A DNA stretch of 64,000 nt from contig CASFKG010000001.1 of assembly GCA_949295325.1 (NCBI GenBank), forward strand, positions 263,665 to 327,664, given 5' to 3'. Below the pieces are notes generated by a model. The model was not told the DNA's origin, did no database searches, and saw only the letters and a list, made by a program, of their open reading frames with translations. The stretch is from an uncultured bacterium. Lineage in GTDB: Bacteria > Bacillota_I > Bacilli_A > RFN20 > CAG-826. Numbering within the stretch: the stretch's first letter is position 1; the number at the start of each line of letters is the position of its first letter. This document shows, in pieces, positions 17,107-28,132 of this stretch. The position numbers and the translations under genes are program-made.

Positions 17107-18057
17107 TCAATTAAAATTAGGATTCAACAAATTAAACATACGTATATATGTTTTGAGGAGCCAATATTTCTCCCTTAAAATCGAGTCAAAAGCTAAGCGC
17201 CTTGTGAAGGCTACATCAGCAAATATGGTTTTTTTATAGATTTTAAAAAGATTAATTGCCTTCCTAACAGAGCTATTAGCATATATTGATGAAAAAAGTT
17301 GCCTGTTCAAAGAGCTTGAACAATACGCCTGAATAAAAAGAATCAAAAAGCCACGAAGAGCATCTGCATATCCAATATAACGTTCTTCGTAATTGCCAAA
17401 ATGTTCCTCAATAAACAAAGTAGCTAGAGACAAATCTTCAAAACGGGCGATTTTAAAAACATGTTGCCCGGAAAATTCGTTGGGCCTTATCCAATAATAA
17501 TTTTCGGAACAAAAAACAACGGAGCGAGCCGCAGAAGCAAACGCTAGGCTGAGGATTTTATCATCGGATTGAAATATATCTATATCTGGGAAAACTGGTT
17601 TTAAATTAACACTGAAGAGCTTACATGAAAGAGAGTTAAGCCTATTAGAAGAAAGGAGAACTTGAATTAACGCAGCCGAGGAATCATAGTATCCAGAAAG
17701 TAATTCCGTTTTGTCTGAAACAAGTATATCAGGACAACCATACTTATTTATTTCATTCACAAGGCTTGAAAAAGCGTCAGAACTTACAATTTTGTCATCA
17801 CTGTCGACAAACAAAACATAATCACCCTTTGCCTTATAAAACATGGCAATCCTTGATTTAAATGATGAGGGCTTCTCAAGATCAATAACTTTTATTAGAG
17901 GGTAACGCGTCAAAATCCAGGATATGTCCTCCCCACCTTGACGGCACAGCAATATTTCAAAAGGTGGTGTTTTCTGAGAGACAATGCTTTTTATACACTC
18001 ATCCAAAAATTCTGGTTTTTGTTTATAAGTAGGAATACACACACTAATTTTCATCAC
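17107..18057 (-). CDS. GT2 glycosyltransferase
   Basis: MMKISVCIPTYKQKPEFLDECIKSIVSQ... and FVDSDDKI (DXD). Confidence 0.75.
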   Translation of the reverse strand: MMKISVCIPTYKQKPEFLDECIKSIVSQKTPPFEILLCRQGGEDISWILTRYPLIKVIDLEKPSSFKSRIAMFYKAKGDYVLFVDSDDKIVSSDAFSSLVNEINKYGCPDILVSDKTELLSGYYDSSAALIQVLLSSNRLNSLSCKLFSVNLKPVFPDIDIFQSDDKILSLAFASAARSVVFCSENYYWIRPNEFSGQHVFKIARFEDLSLATLFIEEHFGNYEERYIGYADALRGFLILFIQAYCSSSLNRQLFSSIYANSSVRKAINLFKIYKKTIFADVAFTRRLAFDSILREKYWLLKTYIRMFNLLNPNFN

Positions 18058-18243
18058 AAAATTGGTAACAACTAAAAAGCAAGAAGTATCCTAATGCTTT
18101 GGTCTTTGGGCCTCAACAAGTTTCCATTATCAAAAGTCTGGTTTTGAAGTGAACTAACAATTTTTAAGTAGGTATTTCTATATCGAACCGACCCGGAATT
18201 TATAGTTAAGCTTTTTTAGAAATGTATTTCCAGCAGAAATAAT

Positions 18244-19140
18244 CTAGGCCAAAAATTTTAGACAAAGGCACTGTTTGAGAGACCGCTTCCCAAAGTAATT
18301 CATTAACAAAAAGGTTTTCCACCTAGAGAAATTATACTTTGATTTTATTCCCATCAACTCCTTGGCCGTTCGCTTAAAAGAACCATCAAAGGCTCCTCGT
18401 AATATAGTAGGGAAATACATTGACTTAACAATATATTGTTCCAACAAGGTTTTTCGCTTTCCAGTACAATCCATAGGAATTATTATTTCTTTGTTAAAAT
18501 CAATATGTTTATGGATTTTTCGAGCATTAAAATGCGCTGCTTTTGAAATATTGTGGGATATTAACAATGGGCTTTGAACATAAAAATAAACCGCCTTTGG
18601 TACAAAAACTGCCCTACATTCGCCAGAAAAAACGAGAGAAAGCAGAGCGAGTTCACCTTTTTAAAACTATAGTGACATTTTTCTAGATAACTTTTCTTAA
18701 AAACTAGTCGCCACCCACCGTACTGAAAAGACAAGAGCTTTTTGTAATCAGATAATTCACTGATTAATTTTGGAGAAGAAACGGAAATGGAACGAGCAAT
18801 TTTGCCACCGCCAAGACCTAAGTCTTTCACTTCCTGAGTAACTAGCAGAACATTCGTAACTAGAACATCAGGGTTTTCAAATGCCGAAACTGATTTGGAC
18901 AAGCTTTCAAAGTAATCAGAAGAGACATAATCGTCATCATCCATGCAGACAACATACTGGCCACTTGTTTTCTCAAACCCAAATTGCCTTGCTGAATGCA
19001 AATCCGGTTCCACTTTGTTTTTAAAAACTCGAAGACGTGTGTCAACAAAAGAACTGGCAACGCGGAATGTATCGTCGTTAGAGTAATTGTCGATAACTAA
19101 GATTTCGAAATCACTTGATTTCTGTGCAAGAAGTGAATTT
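18244..19140 (-). pseudogene. GT2 glycosyltransferase remnant, 5'-truncated and internally frameshifted
   Basis: In-frame ILVIDNYSNDDTFRVASS directly follows a TAA with no start codon. The gene is then split near 18561-18567 into a piece with VVCMDDDD and a C-terminal piece. Confidence 0.55.
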
Positions 19141-19327
19141 TAAATCCCAGAAATCTTCTTTTCTCCGTTTTTGCAGCTTATTACAACCGAAAACTTGATA
19201 ATGCGACAAGAATAGAGCAAGAAAAAGAACAGACCACGTTTTTATTGGTTTCTTTGAACAGAAAAAACTCGTCTAATTATGATCACTTTGATTTATTAAT
19301 ATCACAAAAATCAATTAAAATCTTTTC

Positions 19328-20536
19328 ATGAATATAACGGTTGCCGGCCTAGGATACGTAGGCCTATCTCTAGCAGTATTACTTGCCCAAAGAAATCACG
19401 TAAAAGCTATAGATGTCGTTCAGTCCAAGGTGGACATGGTGAACTCTAAGAAGTCCCCTATCCAGGATAAGGAGATTGAGGACTACCTAGCCCATAAAGA
19501 ATTGGACCTAGTAGCTACTACAAACTCAGAGGAAGCATATTGTGGTGCCGACATCGTTATCGTAGCAACTCCGACTAATTATGACTCTGATAAAAACTTC
19601 TTCGATACAAGCCATGTCGGGGACGTCCTGAATTTGGGAAACAAGCTATGCCCAAAGGCAACTTTCGTTATCAAATCAACAATCCCCGTCGGCTATACAG
19701 AACGCATTAGAAACGTTTACAAAAGCCTCAATATCGTATTTTCCCCCGAGTTTTTGCGGGAATCCAAGGCACTATACGACAATCTCTACCCTTCCAGAAT
19801 CATCGTTGGATCTTCAAAGACAAATAAGAATCTAATCGAGCGTGGAAAGATATTCGCTTCCCTCCTAAAAGAAGCTGCCCTGAAAGAAGACGTACCAGTT
19901 CTCTTCATGGAACCCACCGAAGCGGAAGCAGTCAAACTCTTTGCCAATACTTATCTCGCCCTTAGAGTAGCTTACTTCAACGAACTAGATACCTATGCCG
20001 AAACAAAGGGTTTAGACACCACGTCCATAATCGATGGTGTTTGCCTCGACCCCCGAATCGGGACTCACTACAACAATCCGTCCTTTGGCTATGGTGGTTA
20101 TTGCCTTCCCAAGGATACGAAACAGCTCAAAGCTAACTTTCAGGATGTGCCCGAAAACCTCATTACCGCGATTGTCGATTCAAATAGAACCCGTAAGGAC
20201 TTCATCGCGAGCCAGATATTAGAAAAAGTCGGTTTCGATGGAACAAACAGCAAATCAATCACCATCGGCATATATCGCCTAACGATGAAATCGAATTCGG
20301 ATAACTTCAGGCATTCCTCGATCCAGGGGGTCATGAAGAGAATCAAGGCAAAAGGTATCAGGGTTATAGTCTATGAACCTACCCTGGCCGATCCCGATTT
20401 CTTCGGAAGCGATGTCGTAAGGGATTTCGACGTCTTTGCCAGACAATCAAATATCATCGTTGCCAATCGTTTCTCCGACGAATTAAAACCCTATTCGGAA
20501 AAGGTTTATACGAGAGATATATTCAGAAAGGACTAA
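19328..20536 (+). CDS. ugd: UDP-glucose 6-dehydrogenase
   Basis: [21 protein letters not shown] Rossmann N-terminus; 402 aa, UDP-Glc/GDP-Man dehydrogenase family architecture. Confidence 0.9.
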   Translation: MNITVAGLGYVGLSLAVLLAQRNHVKAIDVVQSKVDMVNSKKSPIQDKEIEDYLAHKELDLVATTNSEEAYCGADIVIVATPTNYDSDKNFFDTSHVGDVLNLGNKLCPKATFVIKSTIPVGYTERIRNVYKSLNIVFSPEFLRESKALYDNLYPSRIIVGSSKTNKNLIERGKIFASLLKEAALKEDVPVLFMEPTEAEAVKLFANTYLALRVAYFNELDTYAETKGLDTTSIIDGVCLDPRIGTHYNNPSFGYGGYCLPKDTKQLKANFQDVPENLITAIVDSNRTRKDFIASQILEKVGFDGTNSKSITIGIYRLTMKSNSDNFRHSSIQGVMKRIKAKGIRVIVYEPTLADPDFFGSDVVRDFDVFARQSNIIVANRFSDELKPYSEKVYTRDIFRKD

Positions 20537-21636
20537 TTTTTCTTTAAGTTTTTCTGAAACAAATCGATATATGCTTTCGCGCACCTTTCTATAGACACTC
20601 TATCCCTATTTTCTTGGATGTGTTCAAAGACTCCTTTTTCTATGGAGTCTTCGTTATCCAGAAAGTTCTTCATTTCGCTGATCAACGAATCCACCAATGT
20701 TTCTCTGCTATAAGGAAATACTTTTCCACACGAGGAATCAATGACTTGGGCAACACCCCCGACATCCGTGGATATGACATAAGTACCGCAGGCGATAGCT
20801 TCGTTTACTACCATGGGATTGCCTTCGAAAGAAGAGCCAAGAATCAAGGCCTTCGCATTCGAAATAAAGTCTGTTCCATTATGAACCATTCCGGGAAGTG
20901 AGATACAGCCTTCAAGGCCGAGGGAACGTATCAAATCGAGGCATTCTTGCCTTAAAGGACCATCACCCACCATAACTGCTTTTACTGAAGGAACCAGCGA
21001 ATGCAGTTTAGCAAAGGCCTTGATAATAGAAGTTGGATTTTTTAATTCAACAAATCGTCCTACATACGCGAAGTCGTAATTCCTTTCCGCATAAGAATGA
21101 TCAAAGCGGCAATTGCTAACATCAACGCCATTCAATATAAACATTGGTTTCGGCAAACCATAATATTCTTCAAAAGTTTTACCAACCTTAGCAGCAATCG
21201 ATACTGGAACAAGAAATTTCTTCTTATATAAATGCTTTTTCAACAATGATTCAGGGGATGTTCGCTTTCCATTATTCTCGGTCGTAACAACGCTATGAAG
21301 CGTCATAAAGCAGTGATATTGCTTTAAACAGCCGGAAAGGTAGGCCGTGAGGAATGAATTTAGATGAATGTGAATGACATCTGGATAAATGGCTTTTAGA
21401 AGCTTACGCAGTTTAAGGGCACATTTGAAATCTATTCCTTTGTGTTTGCCTAGAGAAAAACATTTAACGCCATATTTCATGAGACTGGAATAAAGCCAAC
21501 TAGTTTCACTTTGGTCATAGAGAGAGACCACAGTAACGTTATGTCCAAGGTCAAATAGTGATTTGGAAAGAGAATAAGTAAACCTCTCCGCTCCACCTAC
21601 AGGGTAAAAAGATGGAATAATTTCGACAATATTCAT
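20533..21636 (-). CDS. GT4 glycosyltransferase
   Basis: 367 aa. C-terminal GT4-type region with the acidic E-x7-E-like signature ([17 protein letters not shown]). Confidence 0.8.
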   Translation of the reverse strand: MNIVEIIPSFYPVGGAERFTYSLSKSLFDLGHNVTVVSLYDQSETSWLYSSLMKYGVKCFSLGKHKGIDFKCALKLRKLLKAIYPDVIHIHLNSFLTAYLSGCLKQYHCFMTLHSVVTTENNGKRTSPESLLKKHLYKKKFLVPVSIAAKVGKTFEEYYGLPKPMFILNGVDVSNCRFDHSYAERNYDFAYVGRFVELKNPTSIIKAFAKLHSLVPSVKAVMVGDGPLRQECLDLIRSLGLEGCISLPGMVHNGTDFISNAKALILGSSFEGNPMVVNEAIACGTYVISTDVGGVAQVIDSSCGKVFPYSRETLVDSLISEMKNFLDNEDSIEKGVFEHIQENRDRVSIERCAKAYIDLFQKNLKKN

Positions 21637-21640
21637 AAAA

Positions 21641-22762
21641 TTAGTTATTTTTTATCGAAATGAAATCAAAGTATGATTCCATTACAAGATCGAAATCAAA
21701 CCGCCCCGCCTTAGACAAGGCGTTTTGCGATAGACGCTTGCAAAGATTGTCATCCGTATAGAGTTGTTTGATTTTCTCAGCTAGTTCTTCGGCGTCACCT
21801 CTTTTGAAAACAAGGCCGTCGAATCCATCTGTAACCACGCTGTCATATCCAGGCCAGTCACTCGTTATCACCGGTATGCCAAGGCAATACGACTCGAGCA
21901 AAGCATTTGACATGCCTTCGAAGTCAGAAGTCATAACGAAGGCTCTAGACGAAAGTATTTTCGACGCAATTTCCTTGGTTGAACCATTATAAAATACATT
22001 ATTCATCAAATCCTTTTCTTTGATCATACTTTCTAGCCGAGCAATGTCATCACTACTACCGGTTCCGTAAATATCCAATTTGATTTCGGGATAAGAACGT
22101 CTTACGATATCGAAACCATCCAGCAGAACATCCAATCTCTTTTGCAAAAAACACAGGCGACTATAGGAAATAAAATTGTTATTGTTCAATTTCCATTTAT
22201 TCGATAAATCAATGGTTACCGGATTAGGTATTACGTGGCCTCGTTTTTGAATTTTTTCTGAATAACATGACTTTTCGTAAGAGGTCTGGAAAAGAAAACC
22301 TTTGACGTTCCTGCACAGGAATTCAGTAAGTTTTTTAACCCTTGGTGACTTCCCGGGGCCGTTGGGGTCGTTTATTTCCCTAACGACTACCTTAGAAGCA
22401 AACTTCGGGGCGGCAAAAGAAACAATTGAGCCTATTTTGAACGTCATACAGAGGATGCAATCCGGATTAAAAGCTTTTGTCATACGTCTAGTCATCCTCA
22501 CCCACGTCGGAATCGACCGCACTTTGTTTTCGATTGGATTATAAGGTTTTGGAAAATAGACAACCTTTATGCTTTTGCCTACGGAGAAGAAATTAGGGTC
22601 AACTTTACGCTGCATGAAAGCAACGATCACGACCTGCCATCCTTGGGCAGCAAAATAATTAGCAACCGCGGCGCCGATCCTTTCTAACCCGCCGTTTCTT
22701 AAGCCGGAGGTAAAAATTAGTAACCGCTTATTTTCCATAGTACTGCTTATACCATTTAGCAA
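21641..22762 (-). CDS. GT4 glycosyltransferase (true start probably at the MENKRLLIF Met near 22738)
   Basis: 373 aa. GT4-like C-terminus (TSDFEGMSNALLESYCLGIPVITSD). Confidence 0.75.
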   Translation of the reverse strand: MLNGISSTMENKRLLIFTSGLRNGGLERIGAAVANYFAAQGWQVVIVAFMQRKVDPNFFSVGKSIKVVYFPKPYNPIENKVRSIPTWVRMTRRMTKAFNPDCILCMTFKIGSIVSFAAPKFASKVVVREINDPNGPGKSPRVKKLTEFLCRNVKGFLFQTSYEKSCYSEKIQKRGHVIPNPVTIDLSNKWKLNNNNFISYSRLCFLQKRLDVLLDGFDIVRRSYPEIKLDIYGTGSSDDIARLESMIKEKDLMNNVFYNGSTKEIASKILSSRAFVMTSDFEGMSNALLESYCLGIPVITSDWPGYDSVVTDGFDGLVFKRGDAEELAEKIKQLYTDDNLCKRLSQNALSKAGRFDFDLVMESYFDFISIKNN

Positions 22763-23750
22763 ACGCGTTTAGACCGTCTTTCAAAGAAGTGCTAGGTTTG
22801 AAATGGAAGTCGGCATAAAGTTTTGACACATCAGCGAAGGTTTCGTAAACATCGCCCGGCTGCATAGGCAGGTAGTCATAATCCCCCTTCTTTGAAATCA
22901 AACCCTCCTTAATGAGACATTCCTGAAGAATATCGACGAACTCCTTGAGGGGTACGGGGTTATTATTACCGATGTTGTAGACTGTGTGGCACACACCATT
23001 GGGATCTTTTTTGGGAGTAGAGAATAAAACGTCTATAACGCCTTTGACGATGTCATCTATATAGGTAAAGTCCCTATAAAGATCGCCATTGTTGAAGAGC
23101 TTTATCTTCTCCCCTTTGATTAGCTTCTGGGTAAAGGAGAAATATGCCATATCAGGTCTTCCCCAAGGACCGTAGACCGTGAAGAAGCGAAGCCCAGTGG
23201 CCGGGAACCCATAAAGTTTGGAATAGCAATAGGCCATAAGTTCATTGCTCTTCTTGGTCGCGGCATACAGCGAGACGGGCATATCAGTATTGCTGCTTTC
23301 TGCATAAGGAACGTCATTGCTGTTTCCATAAACCGAGGAAGAAGAAGCATAAACAAGGTGAGATACCGGTGTTTCGGTCTCACGAGAATGTCTAACGGCC
23401 TCAAGGATATTAAAGAACCCGATGATATTGGATTTTATGTATGATTCCGGATGGGAAATGGAATACCTGACGCCGGCCTGTGCCGCAAGGTTTAATACTA
23501 TGTCGGGCTTTTCTTTTGCGAATACGTCTTTAACGAATTCATAATTAGATATATCGCCTTCTTCAAAAACAAATTTAGAATAGCCTCCTAAATCCTTCAG
23601 CCTGGCAATCTTCAAATTTCGATCATAGTAATCATTGAGATTGTCAACCGAAATGATTGAACAATCATGGCCTTTCAGTAAACTCTTGGCGGTGGAATAG
23701 CCAATAAAGCCAGCACCACCAGTGATAAGTATTTTTGTGTTTCTATTCAT
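22728..23750 (-). CDS. NAD-dependent sugar-nucleotide epimerase (UDP-glucuronate 4-epimerase-like SDR)
   Basis: ILITGGAGFIGYSTAKSL Rossmann N-terminus and YxxxK-type SDR; 340 aa. Next to ugd, which is consistent with a UDP-GlcA to UDP-GalA pathway. Confidence 0.75.
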   Translation of the reverse strand: MNRNTKILITGGAGFIGYSTAKSLLKGHDCSIISVDNLNDYYDRNLKIARLKDLGGYSKFVFEEGDISNYEFVKDVFAKEKPDIVLNLAAQAGVRYSISHPESYIKSNIIGFFNILEAVRHSRETETPVSHLVYASSSSVYGNSNDVPYAESSNTDMPVSLYAATKKSNELMAYCYSKLYGFPATGLRFFTVYGPWGRPDMAYFSFTQKLIKGEKIKLFNNGDLYRDFTYIDDIVKGVIDVLFSTPKKDPNGVCHTVYNIGNNNPVPLKEFVDILQECLIKEGLISKKGDYDYLPMQPGDVYETFADVSKLYADFHFKPSTSLKDGLNAFAKWYKQYYGK

Positions 23751-23759
23751 ATTTGCTCC

Positions 23760-25091
23760 TTATACAACCTTTCTTGTTTTTAATATTGGAGTCAAAACGC
23801 CGGTGTAATTACCGGTTAGCAATGAGTCATCAGCAGTTTCCAAGGCCCAAACAAGGCCAATGAACATCATGTCCGCTTTAGCATTAAATGTGACAAGAAA
23901 GAATTGATTGATAAAAATATATATTACAAGCAGCACGATGAGAGGCCTGTTCGCGTTTTTAGTATGTCTGATTCTAAACAAAGGAAAAAGAATAAGCATT
24001 TCGCCAAAAATTCCGCCAAAAATGCCATAATCAGCAAGAGTTTCACCGATATTGTTATGAGCCATCCTGAAAAAGTTTAATTGAACAGAAAATGTGCCAT
24101 TTCCAATTAATGGCGAATCCAGAAACAGTCTCAAGGATGCAACTAAAGCATCTAGTCTGCCAGTAGCAGAGGCATCGCTTAGAGAAGAATCTCCTTGTCC
24201 AATTAAACTAAGAAAAATGCCTAACAATCGCTCTCTGTAATATGCAAAAGAATCTAATGACAGCAAAACAATGCCTGATATCAAGGTAATGAGCAGAAAG
24301 AAAAAATACAGCCATCTATACTTTTTTGGGAAGTAAAAGAAAATGGTGCTCAGGACAACGACAATAATCAGCAGTAAATTCGAAACAGATCCTGTAAATG
24401 GAATTAATAAAGAAAACGCAATAGCAAAAAGATTGCTGATTGTTTTGAATATAAGTTTTGAACAAAAAATTGCAAATCCAAAATTATAAGCCGCAGAAAG
24501 TGCGATTTTTCTCGCGACATCATTTTGATTTCCCAATTCTACAGCAAGAGATCTAGAGCCGAAATCAAAAGACAACAGAACACGTACATTTGTTACAACT
24601 AAATATAGGCAAAATACCCAGCTTGCAACAGCGATAATAAAGAAAGGAAGTAATTTATACCTGGGATTCGGGGGTTCAATAATAATCCAGAAAAACGTGA
24701 AGACGGATATTAAAGCAACTGATAACTGAGTAAATGGGGAAGAAGAATTAATTGGTAAATTGACAACATAGGATACAACATAAATTATGCACAATAGTCC
24801 ATAAAGGCAAACAAATAACCGAAGTTTAAAAGAATTCGGATTCCATAAAATGGCATAGATTAACCCAAGAGCTAGAAAGACAAAGAAAAGTAACCTTCCA
24901 ATAAGATTGAATGGGTAAAGTCCATCGAATCCAAGGAAAATGAGGACATACATAAAGAAGAAAAATGTCGAAATCCAATAAATTACTTGTCTAGTCCTGG
25001 ATGAACTACGGAGACCCTTAAAGAAAGAATTGATTTGGCAAGATAAAGTACGAAGACTAATCATTTGAAGGCCTTGCTCCTCCCAAGACAA
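23760..25091 (-). CDS. wzy: Wzy-type O-antigen/CPS polymerase-like polytopic membrane protein
   Basis: 443 aa, about 10-12 TM segments; located between the glycosyltransferases and the flippase. Confidence 0.55.
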   Translation of the reverse strand: MSWEEQGLQMISLRTLSCQINSFFKGLRSSSRTRQVIYWISTFFFFMYVLIFLGFDGLYPFNLIGRLLFFVFLALGLIYAILWNPNSFKLRLFVCLYGLLCIIYVVSYVVNLPINSSSPFTQLSVALISVFTFFWIIIEPPNPRYKLLPFFIIAVASWVFCLYLVVTNVRVLLSFDFGSRSLAVELGNQNDVARKIALSAAYNFGFAIFCSKLIFKTISNLFAIAFSLLIPFTGSVSNLLLIIVVVLSTIFFYFPKKYRWLYFFFLLITLISGIVLLSLDSFAYYRERLLGIFLSLIGQGDSSLSDASATGRLDALVASLRLFLDSPLIGNGTFSVQLNFFRMAHNNIGETLADYGIFGGIFGEMLILFPLFRIRHTKNANRPLIVLLVIYIFINQFFLVTFNAKADMMFIGLVWALETADDSLLTGNYTGVLTPILKTRKVV

Positions 25092-26397
25092 ATTTCAAGA
25101 CCAAATACACCGCAATGGACAGAACTAAACTTGCCAAAAAATAGCTGGACCATATAGCATTAAAGGACACAAAAGTGATTTTATATGTTTGTTTGAGGAA
25201 CACATCGGTAATTTTACAAGCAAACAATAAGATAGCCGATACAGCAGAAATAACCAGATTAACAAACCTAAATGATTTATCTAATCTGTAGGCAATCAAT
25301 GGTAGCAGAACACAGGGGATAATCAAAAAATAACCGATGCTTAGGAGAACGATTGTGTTAATCGAAGCATCGGCGTTCTTAAAAAGGGCAATCGACAAGT
25401 CGTTAGAATAGGCAAAAGGAATTGCACTTCTCCCAACAGGGGTTAGAAGGAAAGTTCCGTTCAAATTTTCAATAGGTCCACGGACGTATGTTGAATATGA
25501 GCTTATAACATTATCCATTACGTTCAAAAATGAATATTTTTGTGGCGGTGTAAAGAGCGCAAGGCCAACATTGCCAAGATCATTTTCAGCAAGCCTCGCT
25601 ATATTAGAAACGATAATGAAGTTGCCGAAACACTTTTGCAATTTCGCGCCCGTATCATAATCGTTGTAAATTTGATCCCTATCGATGCAATAGTTTCTAT
25701 TAAATCCATTTACGTGGAAAACATTTGCAATTCGATAAGAATAAGTTGCGTCTCCACTCGAAACAATTAAACCTTCCTTGTTATTTAAAGAAATCAAATC
25801 GTCGTAGGACAAAAATTTACCATTTGATGCGGAAATAAGAACATCGGCCAAGTAATCCGGAATATACACAAATCCATCAAATAAAGAGGAATCAAAACTT
25901 AATTCGATGTTTTTCGGTTGATACTTATAAAGGTTGATGCACAACATCTCGAAACGAACTAAAGATTCCTGATTTGTGTAATTTCCTCCAGACGCCACTC
26001 CAAAGTCGCTAAACAAATTCTCTCCGCCAAAGGAAATGTCAAAATCTCTGATTGCCCCGTTTTCTGGTTCTACAAGCGCTGGCATGGATGCAAATTCAAA
26101 TCCGCTGAAATTCATAGAATAGAACGTATTCATGAAGCAGCTATATAAAGAATTGAAATGGTTATTTTCCCCATTTTCGGTGCCATCGCAATATAAGAGG
26201 CACCCTAAATTCTCAGATTTCAGCCTGAGACTGTCGTTTAGATATTTCGTAGTTTCAATATCTCTTTTGACATAACGGGTATTAGGGGCTCCAATCCCTA
26301 CACAAATGGCGCCACAGACGAAAAAGGAAACTGAAAGAATCCAAATAACATGATCCTTTATTGCTTTTGTTACCTTAGTAACCCAACCCATATCCAT
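25057..26397 (-). CDS. Membrane protein of unknown function (N-terminal TM, ~330-aa extracytoplasmic domain, C-terminal TM bundle)
   Basis: I recognise no motifs; topology is inferred from the hydrophobic segments. Confidence 0.5.
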   Translation of the reverse strand: MDMGWVTKVTKAIKDHVIWILSVSFFVCGAICVGIGAPNTRYVKRDIETTKYLNDSLRLKSENLGCLLYCDGTENGENNHFNSLYSCFMNTFYSMNFSGFEFASMPALVEPENGAIRDFDISFGGENLFSDFGVASGGNYTNQESLVRFEMLCINLYKYQPKNIELSFDSSLFDGFVYIPDYLADVLISASNGKFLSYDDLISLNNKEGLIVSSGDATYSYRIANVFHVNGFNRNYCIDRDQIYNDYDTGAKLQKCFGNFIIVSNIARLAENDLGNVGLALFTPPQKYSFLNVMDNVISSYSTYVRGPIENLNGTFLLTPVGRSAIPFAYSNDLSIALFKNADASINTIVLLSIGYFLIIPCVLLPLIAYRLDKSFRFVNLVISAVSAILLFACKITDVFLKQTYKITFVSFNAIWSSYFLASLVLSIAVYLVLKFVLGGARPSND

Positions 26398-27278
26398 TAC
26401 CTTAAATGGCGATATTTATTTAACCCGTAAACAGCCCAATGCATTAAGCAATAACACGATTTGAAAAAACCGATTCTTAACTTTCTATAAACGTACCATT
26501 GCTTACCAATCAGTTTTAGTTTGCCATATGACCGTGCACTTGGATGAATCCTATAGGTAGCAATTACAGCGGGGTTTCCATTACATGATTCGCATTTTTT
26601 TAGAAGGGTAAGCCAAAAGACTAAATCTTCGCAGTAATAAACGCTTTCATCAAAACGGGCATCGGGAAAATATTCCCTGTCAAACACCGCTGTAAGAGGT
26701 GCTATAGGATTCCCCTTGAGTATTGAACTGTAAGTGTTCTTTTGCGGCACGATGTAGTCGCTGACTTTATCTCCAGAAATGCGCCTATAGGAAGAACAAA
26801 CAAAAGGCCCGTTGGCTTTTATGAAATCCAACTGGCTCTGCAAAAAGCACGGATCCCACATATCGTCTGCATCCAAAAAGGCGATATATCGTCCTTTAGC
26901 AATATCTAAGCCCCTATTCCTTTGGATGGCTGGTCCTTGGTTTCTATCGGCTTTGACCAATCTGATTTTCGGATTATCTCCTATTAATCGCTTCGCTAAC
27001 TCATATGACCCATCCGTTGAACAATCGTCTACGATTATCCATTCCCAATCTTTAACAGTTTGGTTAATGACACTATTGTAAGTATCTTCGAAAAAATCCC
27101 TAGAGTTATATAAGGGCGTGATAATGCTCACTAAGGGACGCTTTTCTGACATCGTTTGCATTATATTAAGGATAAAAGCTCTCAAACAATCCGGAAGATA
27201 GTTTATCTTTCTTTTGCGGCCTTTGCTTTGAGAAGTTTCCAGCAAATCCAATCCACACGAAAGATTACGCAAAGGCAA
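26397..27278 (-). CDS. GT2 glycosyltransferase
   Basis: VSIITPLYNSRDFFEDTYNSVINQTVKDWEWIIVDDCSTDGS and FLDADD (DXD). Confidence 0.75.
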   Translation of the reverse strand: MPLRNLSCGLDLLETSQSKGRKRKINYLPDCLRAFILNIMQTMSEKRPLVSIITPLYNSRDFFEDTYNSVINQTVKDWEWIIVDDCSTDGSYELAKRLIGDNPKIRLVKADRNQGPAIQRNRGLDIAKGRYIAFLDADDMWDPCFLQSQLDFIKANGPFVCSSYRRISGDKVSDYIVPQKNTYSSILKGNPIAPLTAVFDREYFPDARFDESVYYCEDLVFWLTLLKKCESCNGNPAVIATYRIHPSARSYGKLKLIGKQWYVYRKLRIGFFKSCYCLMHWAVYGLNKYRHLR

Positions 27279-27958
27279 TGCTTGTAATACCTCTTGTCAA
27301 TGTTTCTCATCGCTTTAAGCATTTTTATTAAAGAGTAGTCGTATACCTTCCTTAACGTTTGTAATCCCTGTTTGGTTTCCGTGAAAGACTTGTCGTTTAG
27401 ACCGCGCAAAAGGAACGGAACGTACAAAGCGCGAATAATATATTGATTGAAGAGGCTCCTACGTTTTTCATTGCACTGGATAGGAATTTGCAAATTGATC
27501 TCAAACGTCTTGCTTGCCGAATCCTTCGAATTGAAATCGGCTCCCCTAGAAACGGAATGGGACAAGGATGAAGAGCGCTGGACATAGCAATATATAGCTT
27601 TTTTGAACAAATACAGTTTTCCAGCCGTCATTGAAAGCGGCATAGAAAAGAGGAAACTCCACGAAAACAAAGCTATAGACGATTTCTGAAACTATGCGAA
27701 AGTGGGCAAAAGCAAATCGGGGTCTGGGCATATCTCCAGTGCGCTAAAGAAGAAGCCGGGTAGACATGATCGTCGTCATCCATGCAAACTACGTACTTGC
27801 CTTTGGGCAGGGAAAAACCAATTTGCCGAGCACCATACAACTTGGAATTGTTTGTTAGGATTATAAAATGTCTTTCTTAGGACATCCCCTATAGCATCGA
27901 CAACCTCTTTGCTATTGTCTTCGGAATGATCATCCACAGCTATGGTTTCATAATCCAA
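27203..27958 (-). pseudogene. Second, heavily degraded GT2 remnant, paralogous to the 18244-19140 remnant
   Basis: Fragments IAVDDHSEDNS, an out-of-frame VCMDDDDH and a C-terminal piece RRSLFNQYIIRALYVPFLLRGLNDKSF. Pseudogene 1 has a similar piece, RKTLLEQYIVKSMYFPTILRGAFDGSF. Confidence 0.45.
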
Positions 27959-28132
27959 ATAGATTTGTTCAAGCAGCGAATCAAGAATAGTCCCTATTCT
28001 TTTGCTTACACTTTGAAAACAAACGATTATTGAAAATAACGATATGAACCTGTTTAGTTCCGCTATCGTGTTTAATGAATTCTTGTCTCCGTTTAAATGA
28101 TTATCTAATGAGCAAAACAGGCGGCAGATTTT

